From a virus (lineage: Duplodnaviria; Caudoviricetes): a DNA stretch of 55,246 nt. Positions within the stretch are counted from its first letter, which is position 1. Each line of letters opens with the position of its first letter. A program made the translations under genes and the position numbers. The stretch is from the IMG/VR virus record IMGVR_UViG_3300037424_001305, positions 1 to 55,246 of that record. One strand, 5' to 3'. The notes below the pieces were generated by a model, which was given only the letters and a program-made list of their open reading frames with translations, was not told where the DNA came from and did no database searches. Shown in pieces: positions 53,384 to 55,246 of this stretch.

Positions 53384-55246
53384 ATGAGCGATTGGTCTAA
53401 TCTGGCCCGCTGCATTTACAAAAGGACATACGCCAGGAAGGATACTGGACATCTGGAGATTTGGGCAGAAACAGTTGACCGTGTCATCGAGGGCAACACA
53501 CGGGGGATAAAGGTCTCTCAGAAGGAAAAGGATAGGCTTCGCTTTTTTCTCCTAAACCGTAAGGCTGGGCCGGCAGGTCGCGGTCTATGGTTCAGTGGTG
53601 CTCCAGCCCAGGACCGGATTGGTGGAGCCGCCCTGAACAACTGTTGGTTCACTACTACGGCTGACTGGAACAACTTCGTCCTGGCCCAGGATCTGCTGAT
53701 GCTTGGTGGGGGTGTAGGCCTGAGCGTAGAGCATAGATTTTGTTCAAAACTATCACGAGTCAGAAAGGACGTGAGGATCGTTCACCGGCCCACTAAGGAC
53801 GCAGACTTCATCGTCCCCGATAGCCGTGAGGGTTGGAACGAGTTGACCCGACGGGTCCTGGAGTCGTTCTTTGTGACCGGAAAGAGTTTTTCGTACTCTA
53901 CCGTCTGTGTTCGAGGTGTTGGTGAAGCAATCGCCGGGTTTGGTGGTACAGCCAGCGGGCCGGGCCCTCTCATCGAGCTTGTCCGGACTATCTCTACTGT
54001 TCTCTCCCATAGGGAAGGCAAATCCATTCGCCCTATCGATGCCGCCGACATCATGTGCGCCATCGGGGACATGGTGGTGGCGGGCAATGTCCGTAGATCA
54101 GCGATCATCATCATAGGCGACCCTTTCGACAAGGAATACTTGAAGGCGAAGCGATGGGATTTGTTTCAGATCCCGGGCCATCGAGCTAGAGCAAATTTTA
54201 GTGTAGCTGTTTCGGACACTGAAGACCTTCACCCGCTCTTTTGGAAGACTTACGAGCACGGAGAGCCATTCGGACTCGTCAATAGAGAGAACATGCGCGC
54301 CTATGGTCGGATGGGCGAGAAGAAACGGGACACTGCGATTGGTGTAAATCCATGCGCAGAGGCTATGTTGGAGGACGGCGAACCCTGCAACCTCCAGGAA
54401 CTAGCTTTACCGAATCTAGCTTCCAAGGAGGAGTTTGTAGAAGCAGCCAGGCTAATGCACCGCTGGGGCAAGCGGGTAGCCATGAGGCCCTATCACCACC
54501 CCAAAACGGAAGAGGTTGTCAGAAGGAATATGCGAATCGGAACCGGCATCACCGGCTGCCTCCGTAGTCCCCTTTTTGTACCTGTTGTCCTTGACGAGGT
54601 CTACGCGGCCATTCAGATGGAGAACGTTTCCAGTGCCAAGGAGTACGGCACCAATGAATCTATCCGCACCACTGTAGTGAAGCCCAGCGGTACCTGGTCG
54701 AAGCTCATGGACATGGATGGTTACGAGGGAATTCATGCGGCACTCAGCGAGTACCTGATCCAGCGTGTCCGTTTCGGTGCATCCGACGATCTTCTTCCTA
54801 GGCTTAGGGCCGCAGGTCACTATGTAGAACCCGAGATTCGTCTTGACGGAACCCTCGATCATCGAACCATGGTCGTCGACTTTCCCGTCCAAGCTCCTCC
54901 TGGATTCCCGGTGGTCGATCAAGGATTCGACACCTGGAAGCAGCTGGATGTCTTGAGGATGGCCCAGGCCCACTGGGCTGACCAGGCGGTGAGTGTCACA
55001 GTTTACTACAAACGAGAAGAGGTCCCGCAGATCAGGTCCTGGCTGAACGAGAACCTCAAGTACCTGAAGACGATCAGCTTTCTCCCTCAGCAGGACCATG
55101 GGTTCGCTCAGGCTCCTAAGGAGCCGATCTCTAAGGAGAGGTTTTGGGAGATGAGCAGTAAGATCAAGCCTCTTGATGACCACAACCTAGGTACTGGCCC
55201 GGAGCTTGCCGGGACTGAATGCGAGAGCGGGGCATGCCCGATCAAG
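53384..55246 (+). CDS. nrdJ: Class II (B12-dependent) ribonucleotide reductase; stop codon just outside the window
   Basis: Hand-translated: YKRTYAR, PAGRGLW, LNNC, LMLGGGVG, VAGNVRRSA, GVNPCAE, CNL, TVVKPSGT, C-terminal CESGACPIK. Confidence 0.9.
   Translation, partial: MSDWSNLARCIYKRTYARKDTGHLEIWAETVDRVIEGNTRGIKVSQKEKDRLRFFLLNRKAGPAGRGLWFSGAPAQDRIGGAALNNCWFTTTADWNNFVLAQDLLMLGGGVGLSVEHRFCSKLSRVRKDVRIVHRPTKDADFIVPDSREGWNELTRRVLESFFVTGKSFSYSTVCVRGVGEAIAGFGGTASGPGPLIELVRTISTVLSHREGKSIRPIDAADIMCAIGDMVVAGNVRRSAIIIIGDPFDKEYLKAKRWDLFQIPGHRARANFSVAVSDTEDLHPLFWKTYEHGEPFGLVNRENMRAYGRMGEKKRDTAIGVNPCAEAMLEDGEPCNLQELALPNLASKEEFVEAARLMHRWGKRVAMRPYHHPKTEEVVRRNMRIGTGITGCLRSPLFVPVVLDEVYAAIQMENVSSAKEYGTNESIRTTVVKPSGTWSKLMDMDGYEGIHAALSEYLIQRVRFGASDDLLPRLRAAGHYVEPEIRLDGTLDHRTMVVDFPVQAPPGFPVVDQGFDTWKQLDVLRMAQAHWADQAVSVTVYYKREEVPQIRSWLNENLKYLKTISFLPQQDHGFAQAPKEPISKERFWEMSSKIKPLDDHNLGTGPELAGTECESGACPIK

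Noticed and set aside
1-55246. Genome-wide TAG/TGA stop-codon reassignment
   Set aside because: Large conserved genes are intact under code 11 and end at sensible C-termini with all three stop codons.
1-55246. tRNA genes, DGR/retron, integrase
   Set aside because: No cloverleaf, reverse transcriptase or recombinase motifs noticed by eye; tRNAscan and HMM searches would be needed to exclude them fully.

Overview
This window is a segment of a large, GC-rich tailed dsDNA phage genome. The capsid is SPO1/Twort (Herelleviridae)-like, and a myxobacterial-style lipoprotein hints at a Myxococcota host. The minus strand carries a head morphogenesis module: TerS candidate, TerL, portal, Mu-F-like minor head protein, prohead protease, scaffold, major capsid protein and neck proteins. 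Four of these head genes each carry an intein, and several free-standing homing-endonuclease-like genes are interspersed. A plus-strand island of small early genes with sigma70-type promoters (24.9-30.7 kb) interrupts the head module. The right part encodes SbcD/SbcC, a GroES-like protein and GroEL, a phage sigma factor, an SF2 helicase, a RuvC-like resolvase and a class II RNR; ThyX and a 5'-nucleotidase lie on the left. The most notable signal is a candidate protease-processed capsid-cargo polyprotein system. The ~1630-aa prohead protease is fused to a copy of the capsid N-arm, an intein-bearing HhH DNA-glycosylase-like domain and an intact GGDEF diguanylate cyclase. A second ORF of >1239 aa, absent from the ORF track because it runs off the left edge, strings together NUDIX, ART-like, GNAT, ParB-like and helical-repeat domains. 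Their linkers carry the same hydrophobic-x-K-[S/A/T] motif found at the capsid N-terminus, scaffold and portal. Three promoter classes can be read from the sequence (TTGACA-N17-TAKAA, AGCCGTTATAG, AATCT-N7-start), mostly giving leaderless mRNAs. All annotations are by-eye motif recognition; no searches were run.
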